A stretch of 63,721 bases of DNA, the filler included, from Chlamydiia bacterium (GTDB taxonomy: Bacteria; Chlamydiota; Chlamydiia; Chlamydiales; FEN-1388), in assembly GCA_903848235.1 (NCBI GenBank). It is 8 parts of 8 records of this genome, joined end to end, with 100 filler letters (N's around TTAATTAATTAA, not from the genome) between each part and the next. Parts side by side here need not be neighbours in the genome. Positions count along the whole stretch, not along the records: positions 1 to 13,187 come from CAINFV010000097.1; 7 more parts are not named here. The stretch is one strand, 5' to 3'. Position 1 is the stretch's first letter; each line of letters starts with the position of its first letter. A program made the translations under genes and the position numbers. Positions 1 through 8,097 of this stretch are shown piece by piece. The notes below the pieces were generated by a model, which was not told the DNA's origin, did not search any database, and saw only the letters and a program-made list of their open reading frames with translations.

Positions 1-846
1 AATGTCGATGATATCTGCCCACAGGACCTCGCTGAGAGCTTTGTGATTTTGAATAAAAGCATCGACAGAGCAGTGCCAGGTCGTATGAAAAGCTTCGAAT
101 GCAAACTCTGTATTGCCGCTGTCATGACGCTGTCGGGGCAGGCGAAAGGAAACTGTTCGAACAAAGGGAAGCGAGCATAACTCATGGGTGATCTTGTGTA
201 CGGATTCTTTCGAGAGGTGAACAGAGCCCGAGAGGAGGATGGAGACGTCGTTTTGCGGAAGACGGAAGAAGGTAAGATCCAGCGTTGCAGATGACGTACC
301 TGGAATTTTGCTGATGATTGCTGTCACCTGTTGCAAATAGGTTCGTTCGCCAGCTGTAAAGAAAAGAGGGCAGCAAGATATAGGGATGAGGGAGACGTTA
401 TCTGTGCCGAAGAATCCGAAGACCCATGCCTGTTCTTTCCACCTTCCATGAAGGGTTATCTTCCGTCGCCATGCAAAGACCTGTTGAGCAGGTACGATCT
501 CGATATTCAGCCCTTCTGGAATATCTTTATACAGCGCCGCCTTCAGCCACTCTTGTTTCAGTGACGGGTGTAGGAGCGGATCAATGTGCTGAAGCTGACA
601 TCCGCCACAGCGTCCATAATAGGGGCATAGAGGTGTTATCCGATGCTCGGAAGGGGTTTCTACGGAAACCACAATTCCTTCTGCATACCGTGCTTTTACC
701 TGTGTGACTTCAATGGTCACCTGCTCGTTTGGGATGACATGTGGGACAAAGATGACAATGCCCTGATAACGGATGAGGCCTGAACCGCCGTAGACGAGTT
801 TTTCTACGGTGCCTTTGATTATTTGACCGATGTGGAGAGGAATCAT
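1..846 (-). CDS. rlmD: 23S rRNA (uracil-5)-methyltransferase RlmD/TrmA family, partial (runs off window start)
   Basis: Not in ORF track. Manual translation from ATG 846 gives MIPLHIGQIIKGTVEKLVYGGSG...CPYYGRCGGCQLQH (TRAM domain + 4Fe-4S motif). TAATG overlap with the recJ stop. Confidence 0.85.
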   Translation of the reverse strand, partial: MIPLHIGQIIKGTVEKLVYGGSGLIRYQGIVIFVPHVIPNEQVTIEVTQVKARYAEGIVVSVETPSEHRITPLCPYYGRCGGCQLQHIDPLLHPSLKQEWLKAALYKDIPEGLNIEIVPAQQVFAWRRKITLHGRWKEQAWVFGFFGTDNVSLIPISCCPLFFTAGERTYLQQVTAIISKIPGTSSATLDLTFFRLPQNDVSILLSGSVHLSKESVHKITHELCSLPFVRTVSFRLPRQRHDSGNTEFAFEAFHTTWHCSVDAFIQNHKALSEVLWADIIDI

Positions 847-2675
847 TATGACTTCTTTTCTAAGGATTCTTTTTCGCCGACCTTTTGAAAGTCGCGGATG
901 ATCAGATGGATGCTTGAAGCACTCACCTGTGGTGTGTAGGCGACTTTTACAAGCCCTCTCCACCCTCTCAAGGTTGCCATTCTATATGACTGTCCGGAGG
1001 CTATCCCCTCGAGCATTCGATCATTCTGTTCGAGGAATAATTTAAGGTGCTGGCGGCCAACAATTTTTGGCTCTTGGACTTGTGTCGCTTCTGTGAAGAG
1101 AATTGGAGGGGGATTTCCCTGCCCATATGGCTCGAGGAGTTTTAGAGAATCCATAAGCTCAAACGTCAGCTGGTCAAAAGGAACTTGCGCATCGAGAAAT
1201 AGCTTTGGCGTGATATGGGTTTCTTGGAGCCGCTCATTGGCGATCTGGATAAACCGGGTGGTAAATTCCTCAATATGTTGCTCTCGAATCGTCAGTCCTG
1301 CAGCAGCATCATGGCCTCCGAAATTTAAAAGAAGATCAGAGAGCTCTTTTAACACTGGGAGAACAGGAAACTCAGGGATTGATCGTACAGAGCCTTTTCC
1401 TATCTGGCCATCGGAAGCAATCATCACACACGGGCGGTTGTAGTGCTTTGACAGGCGCATGGCGAGGATAGCGATAATGCCAGGATGCCATTTTCTAGAT
1501 GAGAGGACGATAGCTCTGTTTTCTGTCAGATGGCTATGTTCGTGGATCAGCTTTTCGACATCTTTTGTCATCATCCGTTCTATTTTCTGCCGCTCGATAT
1601 TATAGAGGTTCAGCTCTATGGCCAGCTTCTCAGCAGCAAGTATGTTACGGACAAGGAGGATCTTCACACCGTTTTCTGGTTCAGCGATTCTGCCTAGGCT
1701 ATTGAGGCGAGGGGCAATCTTGGAAGCGATGATAGACGTGGTGGCATCATGGACGTCGATCTCGCAGATAGACAGCAGCTTTGAAAGGCCAATGCGTTTT
1801 GTCTTTCGCAGCTGCTCGAGGCCATAGCTGACTAAAATTCTGTTTTCTCCTGTCAGCGCTCCCATATCTGCGACAGTTCCGATAGCAACAAGATCTAAGT
1901 AGCGTTTTAAATCCACCCGCTTTCCATGCATCCCTTCTTCTTGGAGAAGATGCTCTGTCATGGCGTGGGCGAGCTTAAAAGCAACCCCTACTCCTGTCAG
2001 ATCACGATTTGGATAGACGCAGTTGACGAGTTTTGGGTTTAGGGTAGCAACGCAATGTGGGATTTTCTTCGTCGGCTCATGATGATCGGTGATGATGACG
2101 TCGACATTATGGCGGACGACTTCTTCGATGTGTTCTGCAGCTGTAATCCCGCAGTCGACAGTGATCAGAAGGGTGCAGTGATGGCGCAGGGCAAATTCTA
2201 GGGCATCGAGGATCATGCTCTGACGGAGCAGGGCTGTTCTGTTTGAGATGTGAAAGAGGACCTTCGCTCCCACAAATGTCAAAAACTCTGCTAGCAATGC
2301 TGTTCCTGTCATCCCATCGACGTCGTTATCGCCATATACAAGGATGGTCTCTTCATTTTTTATAGCTCGTGCTATGCGTTCTACTGCCTGGGGCATTTCA
2401 GCAAAGAGAAAGGGGTCTAAAAGATCTGGAAGCCGGGCGTATAGATAGGAGTGAATGGCATCAGCAGAGAAGATCTTCCTGTTGACTAAGATCTCGGAGA
2501 GTACGGGGTGGAGATGGAATTCTGTGGCGATCTTTTGTGCTACGTCCGTCTTAACGGTGGGGTCGATCCACAATGGAGGGCGAGTTTCAACGAAGAGAGG
2601 AAGTTGCAGCTTCGGGTCAACGGTAAGCGTCGGTTGGTCTAAAAATTCGTCTCTGGTAGTCAATGTTCCTCGCAC
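846..2675 (-). CDS. recJ: ssDNA-specific exonuclease RecJ
   Basis: YGDNDVDG, ITVDCG, TDHH and FGGHDAAAG DHH/DHHA1 motifs. Start uncertain. Confidence 0.95.
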   Translation of the reverse strand: MRGTLTTRDEFLDQPTLTVDPKLQLPLFVETRPPLWIDPTVKTDVAQKIATEFHLHPVLSEILVNRKIFSADAIHSYLYARLPDLLDPFLFAEMPQAVERIARAIKNEETILVYGDNDVDGMTGTALLAEFLTFVGAKVLFHISNRTALLRQSMILDALEFALRHHCTLLITVDCGITAAEHIEEVVRHNVDVIITDHHEPTKKIPHCVATLNPKLVNCVYPNRDLTGVGVAFKLAHAMTEHLLQEEGMHGKRVDLKRYLDLVAIGTVADMGALTGENRILVSYGLEQLRKTKRIGLSKLLSICEIDVHDATTSIIASKIAPRLNSLGRIAEPENGVKILLVRNILAAEKLAIELNLYNIERQKIERMMTKDVEKLIHEHSHLTENRAIVLSSRKWHPGIIAILAMRLSKHYNRPCVMIASDGQIGKGSVRSIPEFPVLPVLKELSDLLLNFGGHDAAAGLTIREQHIEEFTTRFIQIANERLQETHITPKLFLDAQVPFDQLTFELMDSLKLLEPYGQGNPPPILFTEATQVQEPKIVGRQHLKLFLEQNDRMLEGIASGQSYRMATLRGWRGLVKVAYTPQVSASSIHLIIRDFQKVGEKESLEKKS

Positions 2676-2757
2676 AGATTTTTTGAAGCAGTTGTCTTCT
2701 GATGATCAAGGGTAATTACGCACATCATCTTGCTGGTTAATTCAATTGAAAAATATA

Positions 2758-2810
2758 GAAAAATATGTAGTTTTTGGATAGAGGTAGGTTTTGAAGCGAG
2801 GTTTTTTACA
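2758..2810 (+). repeat. Imperfect direct repeat, copy 1 (copy 2 at 3458-3510)
   Basis: GAAAAATATGTAGTTTTTG is identical at 2758 and 3458; ungapped similarity continues for about 53 bp. Confidence 0.8.
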
Positions 2811-2859
2811 GAATTGCAAAAGCCTCTCAAGTCCAGAAGTCTTGATCCCTCAGTACAAA

Positions 2860-3360
2860 TTACCGGAATACTCCTGCTCTTCCGAGAGGCATCCGAACCA
2901 TGTCGGGATGTGGTTCAAGAATATACGCTATCACATCCTGAAAAAGTTCTCGTATAGAACGTGAAGGAGGGACGGCGTGCGATAACCTATTTTGATTCTC
3001 CGCCGTAAGCGTTCGCGTGTGTCGTTGTTCAGCTATGTATCGTGCTTTTTCAGTATAGGTGAGCTGCTTGAGTTCTCGAATTTTGGCGGCCACCCTGAGA
3101 AGCACGAGACGTTTAAATAACTGCTGCACGGCCGGTTGCTGTGCATATAGCTCCGGATGATCGAGGAATTCTATGATGGAATCGATTCTTCGTGCAAATG
3201 TCCGATGTACGAGGTGACGGTGGGTTGGTTCGATGATCGATTGTAACGCTTCTCCAAGGAGATGGAAATCATCCATCGCCTGAATCGGGATGCGGTCGAG
3301 ATACTCATTTACAAGCTCTGTATAGTCTGCTTGCAGGTTAGGCGGCAGTTGTAGTCCCAT
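2860..3360 (-). CDS. Hypothetical protein
   Basis: Helical ORF of about 166 aa with AGGAG upstream of the ATG. Confidence 0.6.
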   Translation of the reverse strand: MGLQLPPNLQADYTELVNEYLDRIPIQAMDDFHLLGEALQSIIEPTHRHLVHRTFARRIDSIIEFLDHPELYAQQPAVQQLFKRLVLLRVAAKIRELKQLTYTEKARYIAEQRHTRTLTAENQNRLSHAVPPSRSIRELFQDVIAYILEPHPDMVRMPLGRAGVFR

Positions 3361-3457
3361 GAACACTCCTTACAGTGAAAAACGTCGTTCTATCAACGCG
3401 CGGCCATGAAGAATCATGGGGGGGCGATAAAATCGTGGTATAAGAATTTCCAGTATG

Positions 3458-3510
3458 GAAAAATATGTAGTTTTTGAAAAGAGTTTATATTTGAAGTGAA
3501 GTTTTTAACA
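3458..3510 (+). repeat. Imperfect direct repeat, copy 2
   Basis: Matches 2758-2810 at a 700-bp offset. Confidence 0.8.
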
Positions 3511-3549
3511 ATGTACAAACCATCCTCGTTATGTTAAAAAGAAGTTATT

Positions 3550-4083
3550 ATGACGCAGGAGGTGCGTATGGCATCACGATCTGAATTTCAGGTTCAATCC
3601 GGAGCAATGGTACTTTATACTCCACCTCTGTCTCCTAAAAAGGAGGCAGAAAAGTTCATGGAAACCACCTTGAAGCGCTCGATGGATCTCCAGCATGAAG
3701 AGGCCAAATTATTTTCGCAAAGAAAGGGCACATTACGCTCTTCGTCGGTACGTCTACGGCAGGAAAAAGTTCTATCATCGACAGATACAAGAAAATGGCC
3801 CCCGGTACTGTTGAAGAAGGCTTTGATATAACAGTCGGCCGATCTATGATCGCCCAGATACAAAAACAATTTCCTCTGGAGCTTGCTCTAATACAAAAGG
3901 CTCTTGGGCCGAATGCGTCCGATTCCGACGTTGGCAATATGATCTTTTCTCCAAGCGCCTCTCCAAAGTACAAAGAGGGGAGAGATAAAAGTGACATGGC
4001 CTCTCTTAAATCTGAATGACGTCATCGCCTCGACCAAGCATTTCTGAAATTCGGTACAGAGGAAGATGGTCGGCATACTTTAG
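3550..4083 (+). pseudogene. Disrupted P-loop kinase/NTPase (CPT-like Walker A)
   Basis: The frame of ORF 3795 is open from 3699 and encodes GHITLFVGTSTAGKSSIID. It needs a frameshift from ORF 3550, has an in-frame TGA at 4017-4019, and meets a MITE end at 4084. Confidence 0.6.
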
Positions 4084-4130
4084 CTCGACTTTGCACAATT
4101 TTTGGCCCCATATTTGAGGGAGAAGCTTTC
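4084..4130 (+). mobile_element. MITE family B, left-end fragment
   Basis: CTCGACTTTGCACAATTTTTGG...GAGAAGCTTTC aligns to 53079-53124. Confidence 0.75.
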
Positions 4131-4293
4131 ATCGGCCTGACATCTATCGAGAAGGCCTTTTGGGAGAGGTGGTGTTCGGACCTTTCCCGGAACTTTTTGG
4201 TGGAAGCGCATGTTATACTTCAGACAAATTATTTCCGTTGCTTAATCGTGATTTAAGATATAACACCAATGCTTCTAAAATTATATTGAGATT

Positions 4294-5754
4294 TTGATGA
4301 CTATAACAAATCAGGACATAACGGATCTATTAACGGAATGTTATCCTGACCCTCTTACTAGGATGGCTCAAGTTGAGAAACGCTCTAGCGCTTACATGGG
4401 CGGTAAGAGCTTCTCTTTTTGTAAAAACATCGCATTACAAAAAATTACTCCACGCATACATGCAATTTTCATTGCGATTGAGAAATCTCTCAACCCCTAT
4501 ATAAACCTGTCGTTCGCTAACATACCGCATGATTGCGATAATTTATTTTATAATTATCCGGAATACGAAGGCTGCGTTAGAGAGATGCTGCAGAAGCACT
4601 TTAAAATAACAATGGAACCGTGTTGCCGACGGTCTGATGGATTTATAATGCACTGGAATCCTTCGCAAAATGACATAATACAAAGGCTGTTGAAAGACCT
4701 ACACAAATTTTTACAGGCAAAGAACGGGCTTATACACGATTCTCCCCCATCATCGGGGGAAGAGGCAGCAATACCTCCCTCCCCTGAGAGCCAGCAATCA
4801 CTCCCCACTACAAACGTTAACGAAGGGTTGGGGATAAAGTTTTTGTCGACAGCCCTCCAAGATCCCATACAACAATGCTTTGAGCAAGCAATACGGGGAG
4901 CGAAGGAATCGGTAACACTTTTGACCTATTCTCTCTCCTGCGAAAGGATTCTTCGAGAGCTAAAAAGTGCTGCAGATCGAGGACTTCAAGTCCAGATCAT
5001 TCATGATGCATCGCAGCCCATAATCGATGATCATGGAGGAAAGGTTCAAGTCCATCCGATATTGATCGGGGATGGATATTATAAAATGCACCATAAACTC
5101 CTTGTCATCGACCATTCGCATTCATTGATCTGCTCTGGGAATGTCGTCTCTTCTGCTTTTGCGAGTCAAGGTAACTGTGTTTTGCACATTTCGAGCAAGC
5201 AAATAGCCGAAAGGATAGAACAACTGAATAAACTCTATCTTAGCGGCACAATCTTGCCCAGAAGCCCTCTCCAGTTGCCACTTGGAGACACAATCGTGAC
5301 CCTGTTTTCCAACATGCTTCAAGCGAGGGAAATGCATGAGAATCTTCGTAAGCGAATACAGGTGGCAACGCGGCGGGTATTTGTCGCCATGTACATGCTA
5401 ACCAATAAAGATTTGATTGATGAGCTTTGCGCTGCGGCAAGGAGGGGTGTGAACGTACGCGTTATCCTCGATAGGGGGTTGGCGGCGGCGGCAAATGGTC
5501 CCGCGTTTGAAACTCTTCGGAAAAACAATGTTCTATGCAGTTGGTATAACAAGGGGATGCTTCACTACAAAGTTGCCCTCATCGATGATGCGCTCATCTC
5601 TGGTTCGAGTAATTGGACAGATGCAGCATTTAGGGGAAATGACGAAACCATGCTCAGCATCGATCCGATGCCGCTACCATTGAGCCGCCGGGTTCAGGAG
5701 TGGTGGGAGCGGGTGGAGCACAACTCAACATTGGGTGAAAAGGTTTTAACGTAA
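4294..5754 (+). CDS. Phospholipase D superfamily protein (two HKD motifs)
   Basis: MHHKLLVID..SGN and LHYKVALID..GSSNW, after a non-conserved N-terminal extension of about 180 aa. Confidence 0.9.
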   Translation: MMTITNQDITDLLTECYPDPLTRMAQVEKRSSAYMGGKSFSFCKNIALQKITPRIHAIFIAIEKSLNPYINLSFANIPHDCDNLFYNYPEYEGCVREMLQKHFKITMEPCCRRSDGFIMHWNPSQNDIIQRLLKDLHKFLQAKNGLIHDSPPSSGEEAAIPPSPESQQSLPTTNVNEGLGIKFLSTALQDPIQQCFEQAIRGAKESVTLLTYSLSCERILRELKSAADRGLQVQIIHDASQPIIDDHGGKVQVHPILIGDGYYKMHHKLLVIDHSHSLICSGNVVSSAFASQGNCVLHISSKQIAERIEQLNKLYLSGTILPRSPLQLPLGDTIVTLFSNMLQAREMHENLRKRIQVATRRVFVAMYMLTNKDLIDELCAAARRGVNVRVILDRGLAAAANGPAFETLRKNNVLCSWYNKGMLHYKVALIDDALISGSSNWTDAAFRGNDETMLSIDPMPLPLSRRVQEWWERVEHNSTLGEKVLT

Positions 5755-5919
5755 CTAGATTATTTAAACTTGACTCCTTAGGCTCTCGATTCTTCTCAAT
5801 GAGATCTTTTACTGCGCGAACGATGAGGCCTGGCTGGTGCCATATGATCGCGTGATCGCTCCAAAAAATTGATTTGAAAGAGCGATCTTGTTTATTAACT
5901 CTGCTGAAGAGAGCGTTTT

Positions 5920-6510
5920 ATGAATCGGTATGCAACCTATGCGCCTAACCCTTCAGAGGATTTTAGGTGCTTAATCTGTTTTGAAGACGACAATACTGAA
6001 AGAACAGAGGCAATGTCTCATGGGGGGCGCGGGGACCTACATCCCGTGCACAAAGAATGTGCAAAAATATTGGCTTTATACAGGAGCGTCTGTCCCGCCT
6101 GCGGGGCATATATTAATACACGACCGCTGGTCCCTTGGCGGCGTCGGATAGTGACTGAAGTTCTGGCTGTTGTCGTAGACGCCGCGAGGGGTGCGGCTGG
6201 TGCAGCCTTTGGGGTAAGTGGTGCACTCTGGGGTGCCTTTTTCGGGCATTTTTTGGGTTCTGCAATGGCAATTCGAGCGCTAATCCCAATGATGGGCGGC
6301 GCAGGATTCTTAATTGTGCTTGGACCCATGGCCCTAGAACCGGCGCGAAGCAGAAGAGCGGTGATCTCGAGAATAGCGGCGGCAGCGCTCTTCGGCGGCG
6401 TCATCGGAACAGCTACGGGAATGTCACCCCCAGTAATGGCTATTACCGTTGTGGGAGCCGGAACGGTCTTGGCTGCAGCCAATGGAATCTTTGAACGGTA
6501 TTTTTCATAA
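5920..6510 (+). CDS. RING-finger-like protein with C-terminal hydrophobic segments
   Basis: CLIC...HPVHKEC...CPAC followed by long Gly/Ala-rich hydrophobic stretches. Confidence 0.75.
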   Translation: MNRYATYAPNPSEDFRCLICFEDDNTERTEAMSHGGRGDLHPVHKECAKILALYRSVCPACGAYINTRPLVPWRRRIVTEVLAVVVDAARGAAGAAFGVSGALWGAFFGHFLGSAMAIRALIPMMGGAGFLIVLGPMALEPARSRRAVISRIAAAALFGGVIGTATGMSPPVMAITVVGAGTVLAAANGIFERYFS

Positions 6511-6526
6511 GTCTTGCCGTCCTTAA

Positions 6527-6683
6527 CTGGACTTTAGCATTTTTTGAGACCGATTTCGCATTCGTTGTCTCTCAGACGATTGCATTTATCATAGATGGCC
6601 TGCCCAGGCCGATCTATGATAAATGCAATCGTCTGAGAGACAGCCCTCTGCGAACTCGGTGCCCAAAAAATGCTAAAGTCCAG
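6527..6683. mobile_element. MITE family A, complete 157 bp, TSD CTTAA
   Basis: TIR CTGGACTTTAGCATTTTTTG. CTTAA at 6522-6526 and 6684-6688. Perfect 31-bp internal stem 6566-6596/6612-6642. Confidence 0.92.
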
Positions 6684-6879
6684 CTTAACAAAAGTTCTTA
6701 CTAAGATTTTGGATGAGAAATCTGCATGAGGTGTTCTTCAGTCGCATTTATGCGAAAGCAATCGCAAGAGTTTAATTCGCAAATAAATAAAGAATAATTG
6801 TATAATGCTGCTCGTTGTTGTTTATGGGTAAATAAAAAAACAAATAACGTCATTTGCAAATAAAATAGGAGAAATAACC

Positions 6880-7437
6880 ATGGCAGAAGTCACAGCTGCA
6901 GCAGCAGCAGCAGCAGCACCGTATAGTAATTTTGAGCCCGGTACGGAACGGGTTTTTTTTGATGAGGCAGTACAGGCCTCAGAACAAGACAGGGCCTCCA
7001 GAGATGGAAAATTTCGACACCTCGATGGAAGCTTGAGGTCTGACGCTCTAAAATTTCGAGTCGTTGATCCTGAACTATTCGATAGACTCTTTCCCCAAGT
7101 AGCACAAAACGCGCCCCAAGAACAATCGGATAAGCCAGAACATGGCGAAAAATCTGGTCGTGAAATCAACCCCCTGAAACACGTTCGGTATAAAAGACTT
7201 TCTAACGGTGTCATAGTATTTGGCGGTAGTGCTCAAAAAAAGCGTCGGCCTAAGTTGACCGCTCCTGCATCTAAGGATAGAGATGTTCTCGTAAGATTGA
7301 TAACGACAGATGGCCGGGTCGTCGTAGAGCGGATGAAAAAGTCGCAAGTAGAAAGGGAGGTCGCGGAGGAAAGGAGGTCTTTTCTGAAAAGCCATCCAGA
7401 ATGTGTTCAGTGTTTCAGGGGAAAAAAAAGAAACTAG
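6880..7437 (+). CDS. Hypothetical protein with N-terminal poly-Ala
   Basis: AGGAG RBS; (GCA)7 at 6898-6918. Confidence 0.7.
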   Translation: MAEVTAAAAAAAAPYSNFEPGTERVFFDEAVQASEQDRASRDGKFRHLDGSLRSDALKFRVVDPELFDRLFPQVAQNAPQEQSDKPEHGEKSGREINPLKHVRYKRLSNGVIVFGGSAQKKRRPKLTAPASKDRDVLVRLITTDGRVVVERMKKSQVEREVAEERRSFLKSHPECVQCFRGKKRN

Positions 7438-7459
7438 AAATTTTATCCTGACGCCGTAA

Positions 7460-7483
7460 AACCCGCCCATGAATGGGCGGGTT
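7460..7483. terminator. GC-rich hairpin between convergent genes
   Basis: AACCCGCCCAT-GA-ATGGGCGGGTT. Confidence 0.55.
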
Positions 7484-7559
7484 GCTATAGTTCAAGCAGG
7501 CCCTGCTCCTTGGGAGTTCCTATAAAGCCCACAAGACAAAATGTACGTAACAGCGGTTA

Positions 7560-7970
7560 TCAATTATCGACTTCATGGTACTGACTTGGACGTGAGGACA
7601 GGTAGTCGATATGAGTGTTACCTTCTGAGGCCTCAACGTATTCTATATAGACACGATCGTTAAATCCGCCTCGCTCTTTCTCCTTTTTTAGGCACTGTTC
7701 CTCAATCTGCTGTAGGGGGATTTCGAAGACGTGTGCAAGGGAGCGGATAACTTCAAGGAGATCGGCCATCTCTTCGATGATATCTGTTTTAGACTCTGCT
7801 TGTGCCGCTTCTTCGGTTTCTTCGAGAAGCTTGCGTTTGAGCTCGTGGATGAATTCTTGGAGCTCCAGCTTCCTCTGACAGCAAGAAAACCCTTTGTTCT
7901 GCATGATGGCGGGGATCATGTCTCGAACAAGCTTGTCCATTCTGAATCGACGTACAGGTCTTTCCGGCAT
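7560..7970 (-). CDS. MazG-like / phosphoribosyl-ATP pyrophosphohydrolase-like NTP pyrophosphatase
   Basis: KLVRDMIP...KLLEETEE...EEMADLLEV...ERGGF signature. Confidence 0.85.
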   Translation of the reverse strand: MPERPVRRFRMDKLVRDMIPAIMQNKGFSCCQRKLELQEFIHELKRKLLEETEEAAQAESKTDIIEEMADLLEVIRSLAHVFEIPLQQIEEQCLKKEKERGGFNDRVYIEYVEASEGNTHIDYLSSRPSQYHEVDN

Positions 7971-8060
7971 ATATTCTCTTTGGGGCACAGTCTTACGATC
8001 AGCCTTTTCGCTGACAATGCGAGCTGAAAGGCAAATTGCATGGTATGTCATGAGATCTGT

Positions 8061-8084
8061 CCCTGACCCGTATGGGGGTCAGGG
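8061..8084. terminator. Hairpin after the secDF stop
   Basis: CCCTGACCC-GTATGG-GGGTCAGGG. Confidence 0.45.
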
Positions 8085-8097
8085 GAGGAGGCTTTTT

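Noticed and set aside
2829..2836. AAGTCCAG (also about 16606-16614) as extra family A tips
   Set aside because: 8-9 bp matches are expected by chance in 64 kb.
6522..6683. MITE A plus TSD equals 162 bp (54 codons), suggesting RPE-like in-frame coding insertions
   Set aside because: Other copies and families are not multiples of three, and no copy lies inside an intact gene.
7453..7483. GCCGTAAA + hairpin (and GCCGTGAAG at about 24173) as IS605 left-end relics
   Set aside because: Similarity too short and no tnpA/tnpB; a terminator explains the first.
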